Positions 1 through 9,573 of a DNA stretch of 64,000 nucleotides are shown piece by piece. This DNA is from Candidatus Eiseniibacteriota bacterium (lineage in GTDB: Bacteria > Eisenbacteria > RBG-16-71-46), in contig CAVQXP010000004.1 in NCBI GenBank assembly GCA_963717935.1, positions 1,568,001-1,632,000 of the forward strand. Reading direction: 5' to 3'. A program made the translations under genes and the position numbers. Position 1 is the stretch's first letter, and each line of letters opens with the position of its first letter. The notes under the pieces are model-generated. The model saw only the letters and a list, made by a program, of their open reading frames with translations. It did not search any database and was not told the DNA's origin.

Positions 1-2
1 AG

Positions 3-566
3 GTGGGTGAGGCGGTGGTGCCGGGGCAGCCGGTGCTCGAGGTCATCAACCCCGACAGCCTCTATGTCAGCGCGCCCATCGACGAGATGGACATCGGCCG
101 GCTGCGCGTCGGCCTGCCCGGGCGCGTCTCGCTCGACCCGTATCCGGGCGTGGTCTGGCGCGGGACCGTGACGCGCGTGGCCCCGTTCGTGAACGACGTG
201 CTCCAGCAGAACCGCACGCTCGAGATCGAGGTGGCGCTGCCCCCGGAGCCCGGACATCCGGTCCCGAAGCCGGGGGCCTCCGCCGACGTCGAGATCGTGC
301 TGCGCCGCCGGGACGACGTGCTGCGGGTGCCGACCGCCGCCGTGCTCGAGGGGCACCGGGTGCTCGTGGTCGAGCGCGGCAAGGCGCGCTCGCGCGAGGT
401 GAAGGTCGGGCTCCACGACTGGGAGTGGAGCGAGGTCCTTTCCGGGCTCCGCGGCGGGGAGACGGTCGTCACCAGCCTCGACCGGCAGGGGCTCAAGGAC
501 GGAGCGGCCGTGGCGGTCAGGACGGCGCCCGCCGGGGCCGCGCGCGGGGCCGCGGGCGGGTCATGA
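3..566 (+). CDS. Periplasmic adaptor (membrane fusion) subunit of a MacAB-type ABC exporter, 5' truncated by window edge
   Basis: MFP C-terminal motifs (GEAVVPGQPVLEV, VLRVPTAAV, VKVGL...EVLSGL..GETVV); stop overlaps the ATG of the ABC ATPase. Confidence 0.85.
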   Translation: MGEAVVPGQPVLEVINPDSLYVSAPIDEMDIGRLRVGLPGRVSLDPYPGVVWRGTVTRVAPFVNDVLQQNRTLEIEVALPPEPGHPVPKPGASADVEIVLRRRDDVLRVPTAAVLEGHRVLVVERGKARSREVKVGLHDWEWSEVLSGLRGGETVVTSLDRQGLKDGAAVAVRTAPAGAARGAAGGS

Positions 567-1339
567 ACGGAGCGGCGCGCGGGAACGGGGCCGCCGCGGG
601 GGCATCGGGCGCGGAGCGGTCGCGCGCCGCCGCCGTCATCCGGCTCGAGGGCGTGACGCGCACCTACCGGGTGGGGGAGTCCGAGGTCCGCGCGGTGGAC
701 GGCGTCACACTCACCGTCCGCCGCGGCGAGTTCGTGGCGCTGATGGGGCCGTCGGGCTCGGGCAAGTCCACGCTCCTGAACCTGATCGGCTGCCTCGACA
801 CGCCGACCGCGGGCACCTACGCGCTCGAGGGCGAGCCGGTGGAGGGGCTCTCCGAGGACCGCCTCGCCGAGGTGCGCCAGCGCCGGATCGGCTTCATCTT
901 CCAGGCCTATCACCTGGTGCCGCGCATGACGGCGGCGCGCAACGTCGAGCTGCCGATGATCCTCGCCGGCGTGCCCCCGGCCGAGCGGCGCGAGCGGGTG
1001 GCGCGGGCGCTCGCGGCCGTCGGCCTCGCGCCCCGCGCGCACCATCGTCCCGACCAGCTCTCCGGCGGCGAGCGCCAGCGCGTGGCCATCGCCCGCGCCA
1101 CCATCAACCAGCCCGCCATCCTGCTCGCGGACGAGCCGACCGGGAACCTCGACACGCGGGCGGGCGGCGAGATCGTCGCCCTGCTCGAGGGGCTCAACCG
1201 CGACGGGCTCACGATCGTGCTCGTCACCCACGATCCCGGCGTGGCGGCGCACGCCGGGCGCATCCTGCACATGCGCGACGGCCGCATCCTGACGGAGGAC
1301 CCGCCGGTCGGGGCCGAGGCGCCCGGGGGCCGCGCGTGA
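563..1339 (+). CDS. ABC transporter ATP-binding protein, MacB/LolD family
   Basis: Walker A GPSGSGKST, signature LSGGERQRVAIAR, Walker B ILLADEPTGNLD, H-loop VTHD; ATG at 563 in an ATGA overlap. Confidence 0.93.
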   Translation: MNGAARGNGAAAGASGAERSRAAAVIRLEGVTRTYRVGESEVRAVDGVTLTVRRGEFVALMGPSGSGKSTLLNLIGCLDTPTAGTYALEGEPVEGLSEDRLAEVRQRRIGFIFQAYHLVPRMTAARNVELPMILAGVPPAERRERVARALAAVGLAPRAHHRPDQLSGGERQRVAIARATINQPAILLADEPTGNLDTRAGGEIVALLEGLNRDGLTIVLVTHDPGVAAHAGRILHMRDGRILTEDPPVGAEAPGGRA

Positions 1340-2556
1340 GCGGCGCGTTCCGCGGCGGGGACCTGCTCGGTCTCGCGTCCGAGTCGCTGCGGCTCCACCG
1401 CATGCGCACGGGGCTCACGCTGACGGCCATCGTCATCGGGGTGATCGCCGTGCTCCTGCTCACCACGCTCGGCGAGGCCGCCCGGAGCTACGTCGTGGAC
1501 CAGTTCGCGAGCATCGGCACGAACCTGATCATGGTCCAGCCCGGCAAGACCGAGACCACCGGCATGCCGCAGCCCCTCGGCGGCACGGTGCGCCCGCTGA
1601 CCATCGAGGACGTGGTGGCCATCGCGCACGAGTCGCCGTCCGTGAGCCGGGCAGCGCCCATCGCCCTGGGCACGGCGCGCTTCGAATACGCCGGCCGGAC
1701 GCGCGACGTCCGCGTGGTCGGCACCACCGCCGAGTACCAGCAGGTCCGCAACATGCGGCTGCTCTCGGGCAGCTTCCTGCCTCCGGGGGACCCGCGCCGC
1801 GGTGGGGCGGTGGCGGTGCTCGGGCGCACGGTGGCCCGCGAGGTGTTCGGCAGCGAGAGCCCGCTCGGCCGCCCGGTGCGGATCGGGCTGTGGCGCTTCC
1901 GCGTCGTCGGCGTGCTCGAATCCAAGGGGCAGGCATTCGGCATGAACATCGACGACTCGGTGGTGGTGCCGGCGGCGACCGCGCTGCGCATGTTCGACCA
2001 GCGCAGCCTGTTCCACGTCGCCCTGCAGGCCCGCGACGCCGCGCTCATCGCCTCGGCGCGCGAGCAGGCGCGGCGGGTGCTGCTGCGCCGGCACGACGGC
2101 GATGAGGACTTCACCATCGTCACCCAGGATGCCATGCTGGCCACGTTCCAGTCCGTCATCCGGGCCCTCACGGCGGCGCTCGCCGGCATCGCCGCCATCT
2201 CGCTCGCGGTGGCGGGCATCGGCATCATGAACGTCATGCTGGTCTCGGTCTCCGAGCGCACGGCCGAGGTCGGACTGCTGAAGGCCCTGGGCGCGAGCCG
2301 GCCGCAGATCCTGTCGCTGTTCCTCACCGAGGCCCTGCTGCTCTCGGGCGCCGGGGCACTGGCGGGGGTCGCGCTCGGGGTCGCCATCGTGTTCGCCGCG
2401 GCGCTGCTCTGGCCGGACCTGCCGCTGCGCCCGAGCCCGATGTGGATCGGCGCGGTCAGCGCGCTCACGCTGGCCGCCGGGCTCGCCTTCGGCCTGATGC
2501 CGGCGCGCCGCGCCGCGCGCTTGCAGGCGGCCCAGGCGCTGCGGGGGCGCATGTGA
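1336..2556 (+). CDS. ABC transporter permease, MacB/FtsX family
   Basis: N-terminal TM, periplasmic domain, GIGIMNVMLVSVSERTAEVGLLKALGA motif, three C-terminal TMs. Confidence 0.92.
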   Translation: MSGAFRGGDLLGLASESLRLHRMRTGLTLTAIVIGVIAVLLLTTLGEAARSYVVDQFASIGTNLIMVQPGKTETTGMPQPLGGTVRPLTIEDVVAIAHESPSVSRAAPIALGTARFEYAGRTRDVRVVGTTAEYQQVRNMRLLSGSFLPPGDPRRGGAVAVLGRTVAREVFGSESPLGRPVRIGLWRFRVVGVLESKGQAFGMNIDDSVVVPAATALRMFDQRSLFHVALQARDAALIASAREQARRVLLRRHDGDEDFTIVTQDAMLATFQSVIRALTAALAGIAAISLAVAGIGIMNVMLVSVSERTAEVGLLKALGASRPQILSLFLTEALLLSGAGALAGVALGVAIVFAAALLWPDLPLRPSPMWIGAVSALTLAAGLAFGLMPARRAARLQAAQALRGRM

Positions 2557-3755
2557 GCCTCGCCGACCTGTTCGGGCTCGCGCTCGAGGCGCTGCGCGGC
2601 CACCGGCTGCGCTACGCGCTGACGGCGCTGGCCGTGGCCGTCGGCATCAGCGCCGTGGTGCTGCTGTCCTCCATCGGCGAGGGCACCCGCCGCTTCATCG
2701 TCGGGCAGATGAGCCAGTTCGGCACGACCATCATCGGCGTCTACCCGGGCCGCACGCAGACCGGCGGCATGCCCGGCATGGTCTCCGGCAGCGTGCGCAA
2801 GCTCTCCCTCGACGACGCACGGGCGCTCACGCGCCTGCCGGGCGTGACGGGCGTGGTGCCCACCGTCTACGGCACCGCCGTCTACGAATACGCCGGACGC
2901 TCGCGGCGCACGTTCGTGTTCGGGGTCACGTCGCAAGCGACGCGGGTCTGGTCCATGCACGTCGTCAGCGGGCAATTCCTGCCGGCGATGGACTTCGACC
3001 GCGGCTCGCCGGTGGTCGTGCTGGGCCCCCGGGTCAAGCGCGAGCTGTTCGGCCTGGACAACGCGCTGGGCGCGACCATCCGCATCGGCGAATCGCGCTT
3101 CCGGGTGGTGGGCGTCATGGAGTCCAAGGGCCAGATGCTCGGCTTCGACCTCGACGATGCCGCCTACATCCCGGTGGCGAACGCCATGCGGCTGCTCAAC
3201 CGGCCCGAGATCGACGAGCTCGACGTGCTGGCCGCCTCGCCCGACGACATCGAGCCGGTGGCCGAGCGCATCCGCCGGACCCTCATCGAGCGCCACGACC
3301 GGCGCGAGGACTTCACCATCATGACCCAGAAGGAGGGGCTGGAGATGGTGAACAACATCCTCAACATCGTCTCCGCGGTGGTCACGGGCATCGCCGCCAT
3401 CAGCCTGCTGGTGGGGGCCATCGGCATCCTGACCATCATGTGGATCGTGGTGCAGGAGCGCGTGGCCGAGATCGGGCTGGTCAAGGCCCTGGGCGCCACC
3501 CGCGGGCAGATCCTGAGCTGGTACATGGTGGAGGCGGGGCTGACGGCGCTGGCGGGCGGCGTGGCGGGACTGCTGTTGGGAGTGGGGGGCGCCGCATTGC
3601 TGCAGAACGCGGTGCCGGGTCTCGAGAGCTACACCTCGCCCCTCACGGTATTGATGGCGCTGGCGGTCTCGTTCGCCGTCGGACTGGCGGCCGGCGTGGC
3701 GCCGGCGTTGCGCGCGGCGCGGCTCGACCCCATCGAGGCGCTGCACGGGGAGTAG
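2553..3755 (+). CDS. Second ABC transporter permease, MacB/FtsX family
   Basis: GTG start at 2553 overlaps the previous stop; GAIGILTIMWIVVQERVAEIGLVKALGA and AARLDPIEAL motifs. Confidence 0.92.
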   Translation: MSLADLFGLALEALRGHRLRYALTALAVAVGISAVVLLSSIGEGTRRFIVGQMSQFGTTIIGVYPGRTQTGGMPGMVSGSVRKLSLDDARALTRLPGVTGVVPTVYGTAVYEYAGRSRRTFVFGVTSQATRVWSMHVVSGQFLPAMDFDRGSPVVVLGPRVKRELFGLDNALGATIRIGESRFRVVGVMESKGQMLGFDLDDAAYIPVANAMRLLNRPEIDELDVLAASPDDIEPVAERIRRTLIERHDRREDFTIMTQKEGLEMVNNILNIVSAVVTGIAAISLLVGAIGILTIMWIVVQERVAEIGLVKALGATRGQILSWYMVEAGLTALAGGVAGLLLGVGGAALLQNAVPGLESYTSPLTVLMALAVSFAVGLAAGVAPALRAARLDPIEALHGE

Positions 3756-3773
3756 GCGCGGGCGGACGGGCGC

Positions 3774-4361
3774 CTAGCCGGTCGTGCCGCCCCGCCCGGG
3801 TTCCAGGTCCTCCGGCCCGTTCCAGTTCACGAACTGGCCGACGTCCTGCGGCGGGCACGGGCACTCGTCCAGCAGACCGGCCTCCACGCCGTGGCGGACG
3901 AGTCCCGTCATCGCCGGGCGTCCTTCGGCCAGCAGGGCCGCGGCGGCCGGCTGCAGCGCCTTCGGATAGTAGGCCGCCAGGGGCTCGAGGCCCTGCGCGG
4001 TGCGCGGCACCACCCCGCGGCCCGCGCGGCAGCGCCCGGCCAGCCCGCGCAGGAAGTCCGCCGTCAGGTCCGGCAGGTCCACGGCCAGCACCAGCAGCAG
4101 CGGGCTGTGCGACTTGCCGAGCGCGCGCTCGACGCCGGCCAGCGGGCCGAGGTCCGCGAAGCGGTCCAGGAGCACCGGCAGGCCGAACGCGCCGTAGTCC
4201 GCCCCGGGCCGGCCGGAGATGAAGATCTCCGCGGGCGCGAGTTCGCGGGCGAGCCCGACCTGCCGCGCCAGCAGGGTCGTGCCCCGGCAGGGGAGGAACG
4301 CCTTGTCCTGCTGCATGCGGCTGGATCGCCCGCCCGCCAGGATCACCGCGCTGAACCGCAT
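3774..4361 (-). CDS. mobA: Molybdenum cofactor guanylyltransferase
   Basis: AVILAGGRSSRM..DKA, GPLAG, LAVDLP, LEPLAAYY, FVNWNGPEDL; GGAGG RBS before ATG at 4361. Confidence 0.9.
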   Translation of the reverse strand: MRFSAVILAGGRSSRMQQDKAFLPCRGTTLLARQVGLARELAPAEIFISGRPGADYGAFGLPVLLDRFADLGPLAGVERALGKSHSPLLLVLAVDLPDLTADFLRGLAGRCRAGRGVVPRTAQGLEPLAAYYPKALQPAAAALLAEGRPAMTGLVRHGVEAGLLDECPCPPQDVGQFVNWNGPEDLEPGRGGTTG

Positions 4362-4497
4362 CCGCTCACCGCCTCCCTGTCTGAGACTGGTCCTGCTGGA
4401 CGCTCCGACGGCCCGCACAAGGTAGAGGCTGGCTGGTTCCCTCGCCACTCCCGGATCCTCCGCGTGCGGAGCGCCGGGGAGCGTTGGCCGGATCGTC

Positions 4498-4524
4498 AGA
4501 ATCCTGAGAATCCTGCGAATCCTC
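4498..4524. repeat. Three tandem 9-bp imperfect direct repeats in the mobA/psrA divergent intergenic region
   Basis: agaatcctg-agaatcctg-cgaatcctc. Confidence 0.75.
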
Positions 4525-4667
4525 CTGCCGTGCCCCGTGCTCCAACGGTCTGGGCTCCACTCGGCCCGAACGCGCCAAGACCCTCGTGCACAAATGCTTG
4601 CGATTCTGCCGGCCGGCTGCTAATCATCAGGCCGTCCCCGAGCAGTCCCGCCATCACGGAGAACACC

Positions 4668-6871
4668 ATGCAGGCCCTGTCCCGCAGGCGGTTCCTCCAG
4701 GTCTCGGCCGGTGCTGCGAGTCTCGCCGTCGCCGGTGGCGCCGCGACGCAGGCCCGCTCGGCCCGCGAGCCGGGCGCCCGCGGCGCGGACCGGGTGCGCA
4801 AGGTCCCCACCTTCTGCGACGTCTGCTTCTGGAAGTGCGGCGCGATCGCCTACGTGAAGAACGATCGCCTGTGGAAGATCGAGGGCAACCCCGAGGATCC
4901 CCTGTCGCGCGGCCGCCTGTGTCCGCGCGGCACCGGCGGCGTGGGCGCCCACTTCGACACCCAGCGCCTGACCGCGCCGCTGATGCGCAAGCAGGTGCGC
5001 GGCGCCGAGGAGTGGGTCGCGGTGACCTGGGACGAGGCGCTCACGCACGTCGCCGGGAAGATGAAGGAGATCGCGGCGAAGCACGGCCCGGAGGCCATGG
5101 CGTTCTTCAGCCACGGCATCGGCGGCAACTTCCTCAAGCACACGCTCAAGGCCTACGGCACGCCGAACATCGCCGCCCCCTCGTACGCCCAGTGCCGCGG
5201 GCCGCGCGACGTGGGCTTCCAGCTCACCTTCGGCGAGGAGGTGGGCTCGCCCGAGCGCACCGACATCCGCAACGCGCGCTGCCTGACGCTGCTCGGCTCG
5301 CACCTGGGCGAGAACATGCACAACACCCAGGCCCAGGAGTTCGCCGAGGCGGTGGGCAGCGGCGCCTCGATCATCGTGGTCGACCCGCGCCTGTCGGTCG
5401 CGGCCAGCAAGGCGAAGTACTACCTGCCGATCAAGCCCGGCACCGACACCGCGCTGCTGCTGGCGTGGATGAACGTGCTGCTCGCCGAGGGCCTCTACGA
5501 TCGCGAGTACGTCGCCGCGCACGGCTTCGGCTTCGACGCCTTCGCGGCCGAGATCGCGCCCTTCACGCCGGAGTGGGCCTACCCGATCACGACCATCCCG
5601 CCCGAGCTGATCCGCGCGAGCGCGCGCGAGATGGCGCGCCACCGGCCGGCCAGCCTGGTGCACCCGGGACGCCACGTCACCTGGTACGGGAACGACGCGC
5701 AGCGCAGCCGGGCGATCGCGCTGCTCAACGCGCTGCTCGGCACCTGGGGCCGCAAGGGCGGCTTCTACCAGCCGGCCAGCATGGACGTGCCGGAGTATCC
5801 GTACCCGCCCTACCCGCACCCGGAGCGGGACCGGGCCGACAACCCGCGGAAGCGCTACCCGTTCGCCGAGACCGCCATCACGCACCGGCCTGCGCGACGC
5901 CACGCTCACGGGCGTGCCCTACCCGGTCAAGGGCTGGATGGTCTACGCCACCAACCTGCTCCAGGCGCTGCCCGACCAGGCGGAGACGCATCCGCGCCAT
6001 CCAGGCAGCTCGACCTGCTGGTCGTGCGTGGACGTGATCCCGAGCGAGATCGCGGGCTGGGCCGACGTGGTGCTGCCGGAGTCCGTCTACCTGGAACGCT
6101 ACGACGACCTGAACGTCGAGACCTTCCGCGAGCCGTTCATCGCGCTGCGCCAGCCGGTGGTCGAGGCGCCCGCCGACCAGAAGCCGAACTGGTGGATCGC
6201 GCGCGAGCTCGCGCTCAGGCTCGGGCTCCAGGCCTACTACCCGTGGAAGCACGTCGAGGAGTACCTCGACACCCGGCTCCGGGGGGCGGGCTCGAGCCTC
6301 GCCGAGCTCAAGACCCGGGGGATCGTGCGCGGCAAGCAGCCGCCGGTCTTCTACGAGGAGGGCGTCGCAGCCCGATCTTCCCGACGCCGTCGGGGAAGAT
6401 CGAGTTCTACTCGCTGCAACTGAAGGCGGCGGGCTTCGACCCGGTGCCGCGCTACCAGCCGACGCCGGAGCCGCCCCCGGGCGCGTTCCGCCTGCTCTAC
6501 GGCCGCGCGCCCATGCACTCGTTCAGCCGCACGCAGACCAACCCGCTGCTGCAGCGAGATGATGCAGCGAGAACGAGGTCTGGCTCAACGCCGCGTGGCG
6601 CGGCGCCTGGGGCTCGAGAGCGGCGCCTGGGTGCGCCTGCGCAACCAGGACGGCCGGCAGAGCAACCGCGTGCGGGTCCGGCCGACCGAGCGCATCCGCG
6701 GCGACTGCGTCTACATGGTCCACGGCTTCGGCCACACCGCGCGCGGGCTCCGGGCCGCGCTTCAAGCAGGGCGCCAGCGACGCGGGGCTCATCACCCGCT
6801 ACGAGCGCGACCCGCTCATGGGCGGCACCGGGATGAACGTCAACTTCGTCACCCTCGAGCCGGAGGCCTAG
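4668..6871 (+). CDS. psrA: Molybdopterin oxidoreductase catalytic subunit, polysulfide/thiosulfate reductase (PsrA/PhsA) type; several apparent frameshifts
   Basis: Tat signal SRRRFLQ; CDVCFWKC..C 4Fe-4S motif; SYAQCRGPR with putative Mo-ligand Cys; VVDPR; continues across frames through ADVVLPES.YLER, PTPSGKIEFYS and YMVHGFGH to MNVNFVTLEPEA-stop at 6871. Confidence 0.85.
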
Positions 6872-6874
6872 GCC

Positions 6875-7416
6875 GTGGCGCGCTTCGGGATGGTCATCGA
6901 CACGGTCCGCTGCGTCGGGTGCATGGACTGCGTGGTCGCGTGCAAGACCGAGAACGAGGTGCCCGAGGGGCTGTGCCGCGACTGGATCGTGACCGAGGCC
7001 GCGGGCGCGTTCCCCGACACGCGCCTGGAGATCCGCAGCGAGCGCTGCAACCACTGCGACCATCCGCCCTGCGTGCACTGCTGCCCGACCGGGGCCAGCC
7101 ACGTCGAGGAATACGGCCACCTGGTGCAGATCACGAAGGAATCGTGCATCGGCTGCAAGGCCTGCCTGGCGTCGTGCCCCTACGATGCGCGCTACGTCCA
7201 TCCGCGAAGGCTACGCCGACAAGTGCACCTTCTGCGTGCACCGCGTGAAGGAGGGCCTGCCGCCCGCGTGCGTCGCGGTCTGCCCGACCCACTGCATGCA
7301 CTTCGGCGACCTCGACGATCCGCACAGCGAGGTGAGCCGGTTGCTGCGCCTCGCGCCGCCACCACGCGCTGCTGCCCGAGGCGGGGACCGGGCCGCGCAT
7401 CTTCTTCCTGACGTAG
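6875..7416 (+). CDS. psrB: 4Fe-4S electron-transfer subunit (PsrB/NrfC type); frameshifts near 7205 and 7355
   Basis: [39 protein letters not shown], then KCTFC..R....PACVAVCP in a shifted frame; ends PRIFFLT-stop. Confidence 0.88.
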
Positions 7417-7436
7417 CCTGGGCCATGGGAGCCGCG

Positions 7437-8375
7437 ATGATCGAGTTCACGAACACGCGCGCCAATCACCTGGTCGACCCGTTCCTGCAGGTCTGGGGCT
7501 GGGAGATCCCGGTCTACCTGTTCCTCGGCGGGCTGGTCGCCGGGATGATGGCGATCGCCGGCTGGTTCCTGCTCGCGGAGCGCCAGCGCAGGTCGGACTG
7601 CGTCTGCTCCGTGCTGCCCGGCCTGAGCCTCGTGCTGCTGAGCCTCGGCATGGGCGCGCTGTTCCTGGACCTCGAGCACAAGCCCTACGTCTGGCGGCTC
7701 TACACCACCTTCCAGCTCACCTCGCCGATGTCGTGGGGCGCCTGGATCCTGGTCGCCGTCTACCCGGCGCTGCTCGGCGCGCTGCTGCTCCGCGTGCCGG
7801 CGTTCCTGGGCCGGCGCTTCCCGGCGCTCGCCGCCCTCTCGGACGGGCTGCGCGCGCGGGCCCCGGTGGTGCGCGGGATCGCCGCCGCCAACATCGGCCT
7901 CGGCGGGCTGCTCGGGATCTACACCGGCATCCTGCTGAGCGCGCTGGGCGCGCGGCCGCTGTGGAACAGCGCGGTGCTCGGGCCGCTGTTCCTGGCCTCG
8001 GGCCTCTCGAGCGCCGCCGCGCTGGTGCACATGGTGGCCCGCGACCGCGCGGAGAGCGAGTTGCTGGCGCGGGCCGACAACCGCTTCCTGCAGGCCGAGC
8101 TCGTCCTGCTCGCGCTGTTCCTGATCGGCCTGCTCTCGGCCACCCAGGTCCACATCCGCGCGGTCGGACTGCTGCTCGGCGGTCCGTTCACCGCGGTGTT
8201 CTGGGTGGGCGTCGTGGGCATCGGCATCGTCCTGCCGTTGTTCATCCAGTCGCTCGCGGTGAGCCACCGGATCCGTCACACGCCGGTCGCGCCGCTGCTG
8301 GTGCTGGCCGGCGGTCTGTTGCTGCGCTTCGTGATCGTCTACGCCGGGCAGGTGAGCCGCTGGGGCCCGGTCTGA
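7437..8375 (+). CDS. psrC: NrfD/PsrC membrane anchor subunit
   Basis: WGWEIPVYLFLGGL, LDLEH, SPMSWGAW, YTGILL, RPLWN, GGLLLRF; about 8 TM segments. Confidence 0.9.
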   Translation: MIEFTNTRANHLVDPFLQVWGWEIPVYLFLGGLVAGMMAIAGWFLLAERQRRSDCVCSVLPGLSLVLLSLGMGALFLDLEHKPYVWRLYTTFQLTSPMSWGAWILVAVYPALLGALLLRVPAFLGRRFPALAALSDGLRARAPVVRGIAAANIGLGGLLGIYTGILLSALGARPLWNSAVLGPLFLASGLSSAAALVHMVARDRAESELLARADNRFLQAELVLLALFLIGLLSATQVHIRAVGLLLGGPFTAVFWVGVVGIGIVLPLFIQSLAVSHRIRHTPVAPLLVLAGGLLLRFVIVYAGQVSRWGPV

Positions 8376-8394
8376 TCCTTTGGAGGGAACGTCC

Positions 8395-8971
8395 ATGAGC
8401 ACTGTCCCGGATGCCGCTCCCGCCGTCGCGGGGCCGGAGTCGCGCGCGCCCGTCCGCGCCGCGGCCCCGTACATGAATCCCTACCTCGCCGGCATCGGGC
8501 TCGGGCTCGTGCTGCTGGCCGCCTACGTGGTCATGGGCCGCGGCCTCGGCGCCTCGGGCGCGGTGACCTCGTTCGTCTCCTGGGCCCTGAGCCTGGTGTC
8601 GCCCGCGCACGTGAAGGGCAACGGGTTCTTCGTGGAGTATCTGGAGGGCGGCATCGGCCACCCGCTCAAGACCTGGCTCGTGTTCGAGGTCCTGGGCGTG
8701 CTGGCCGGGCGGCTTCATCTCCGGCGCGCTCGCGGGCCGGCTGTCGCGCACGGTCGAGAAGGGACCGCGCATCTCGGTGGCCGGCCGCCTCGGCTTCGCC
8801 TTCGCCGGCGGCGCGCTCATGGGCATCGGCGCCAAGCTCGCCCGCGGCTGCACCAGCGGCCAGGCACTGAGCGGCGGCGCGGTGCTCAACGCCGGCTCGT
8901 GGGCGTTCATGATGATGGTGTTCGCGGGCGCCTACGCGCTGGCGGGGCTGATGAGGAGGCAGTGGCGATGA
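8395..8971 (+). CDS. YeeE/YedE family sulfur-compound transporter, half 1; frameshift near 8710
   Basis: YMNPYLAG, GLGASG, then GGALMGIGAKLARGCTSGQALSGG in a shifted frame. Confidence 0.82.
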
Positions 8972-9573
8972 ACGCGCCCTTCTACAAGTTCGGAGCCTTC
9001 GGTGACGAGGTCTCGCTGGTGTTCGCGTTCGTGATCGGGATCGGGTTCGGCTTCTTCCTCGAGCGCGGCGGATTCGGCAGCGCGCGCAAGCTGACCTCGC
9101 AGTTCTACCTGGACGACCTCGCGGTGTTCAAGGTCATGTTCACCGCCATCGTCACCGCGATGCTGGGCCTGTTCTACCTGTCGTGGCTGGGCCTCCTGGA
9201 CCTGTCCCTGGTGAACCTGGTCACCACCAATCTCTGGCCGCAGATCGTGGGCGGGCTCGTGCTCGGGTTCGGCTTCGTGATCGGCGGTTACTGCCCGGGC
9301 ACCTCGCTGGTGGCCGCGGTGACCGGCCGCATCGACGGCGTGATCTTCATCCTGGGCGTGATGGCCGGCGTGTTCGTGTTCGGCGAGGCGTTCCCGCTGC
9401 TCCGGGGCTTCTACGAATCCGGCGACTTCGGCGAGCTCACCCTGCCGCAGGTCTTCCACCTGCCCTACGGGCTGGTGGTGTTCCTCGTGGTGGTGATGGC
9501 GGTGGGCGGCTTCATGGGTGGCGAGTGGGTGGAGCGCCGCTTCGCCCCGCGCGTGACGGAGCGCCGGCCATGA
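8968..9573 (+). CDS. YeeE/YedE family sulfur-compound transporter, half 2
   Basis: GIGFGFFLERGGF, VFKVMFTAI, GGLVLGFGFVIGGYCPGTS; ATGA overlap with the upstream gene. Confidence 0.88.
   Translation: MNAPFYKFGAFGDEVSLVFAFVIGIGFGFFLERGGFGSARKLTSQFYLDDLAVFKVMFTAIVTAMLGLFYLSWLGLLDLSLVNLVTTNLWPQIVGGLVLGFGFVIGGYCPGTSLVAAVTGRIDGVIFILGVMAGVFVFGEAFPLLRGFYESGDFGELTLPQVFHLPYGLVVFLVVVMAVGGFMGGEWVERRFAPRVTERRP

Noticed and set aside
4362..4667. Moco riboswitch upstream of mobA/psrA
   Set aside because: No recognisable Moco/Tuco motif could be identified by eye.
3891..6836. 981-aa ORF taken as one protein
   Set aside because: The real start is 4668 (Tat signal). The N-terminal extension overlaps mobA and the C-terminal part drifts in and out of frame because of indels.
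8380..9573. Single fused 397-aa YeeE protein
   Set aside because: The middle is out-of-frame nonsense. Correcting one insertion near 8710 gives two genes with an ATGA overlap and an internal GAGGAGG RBS.
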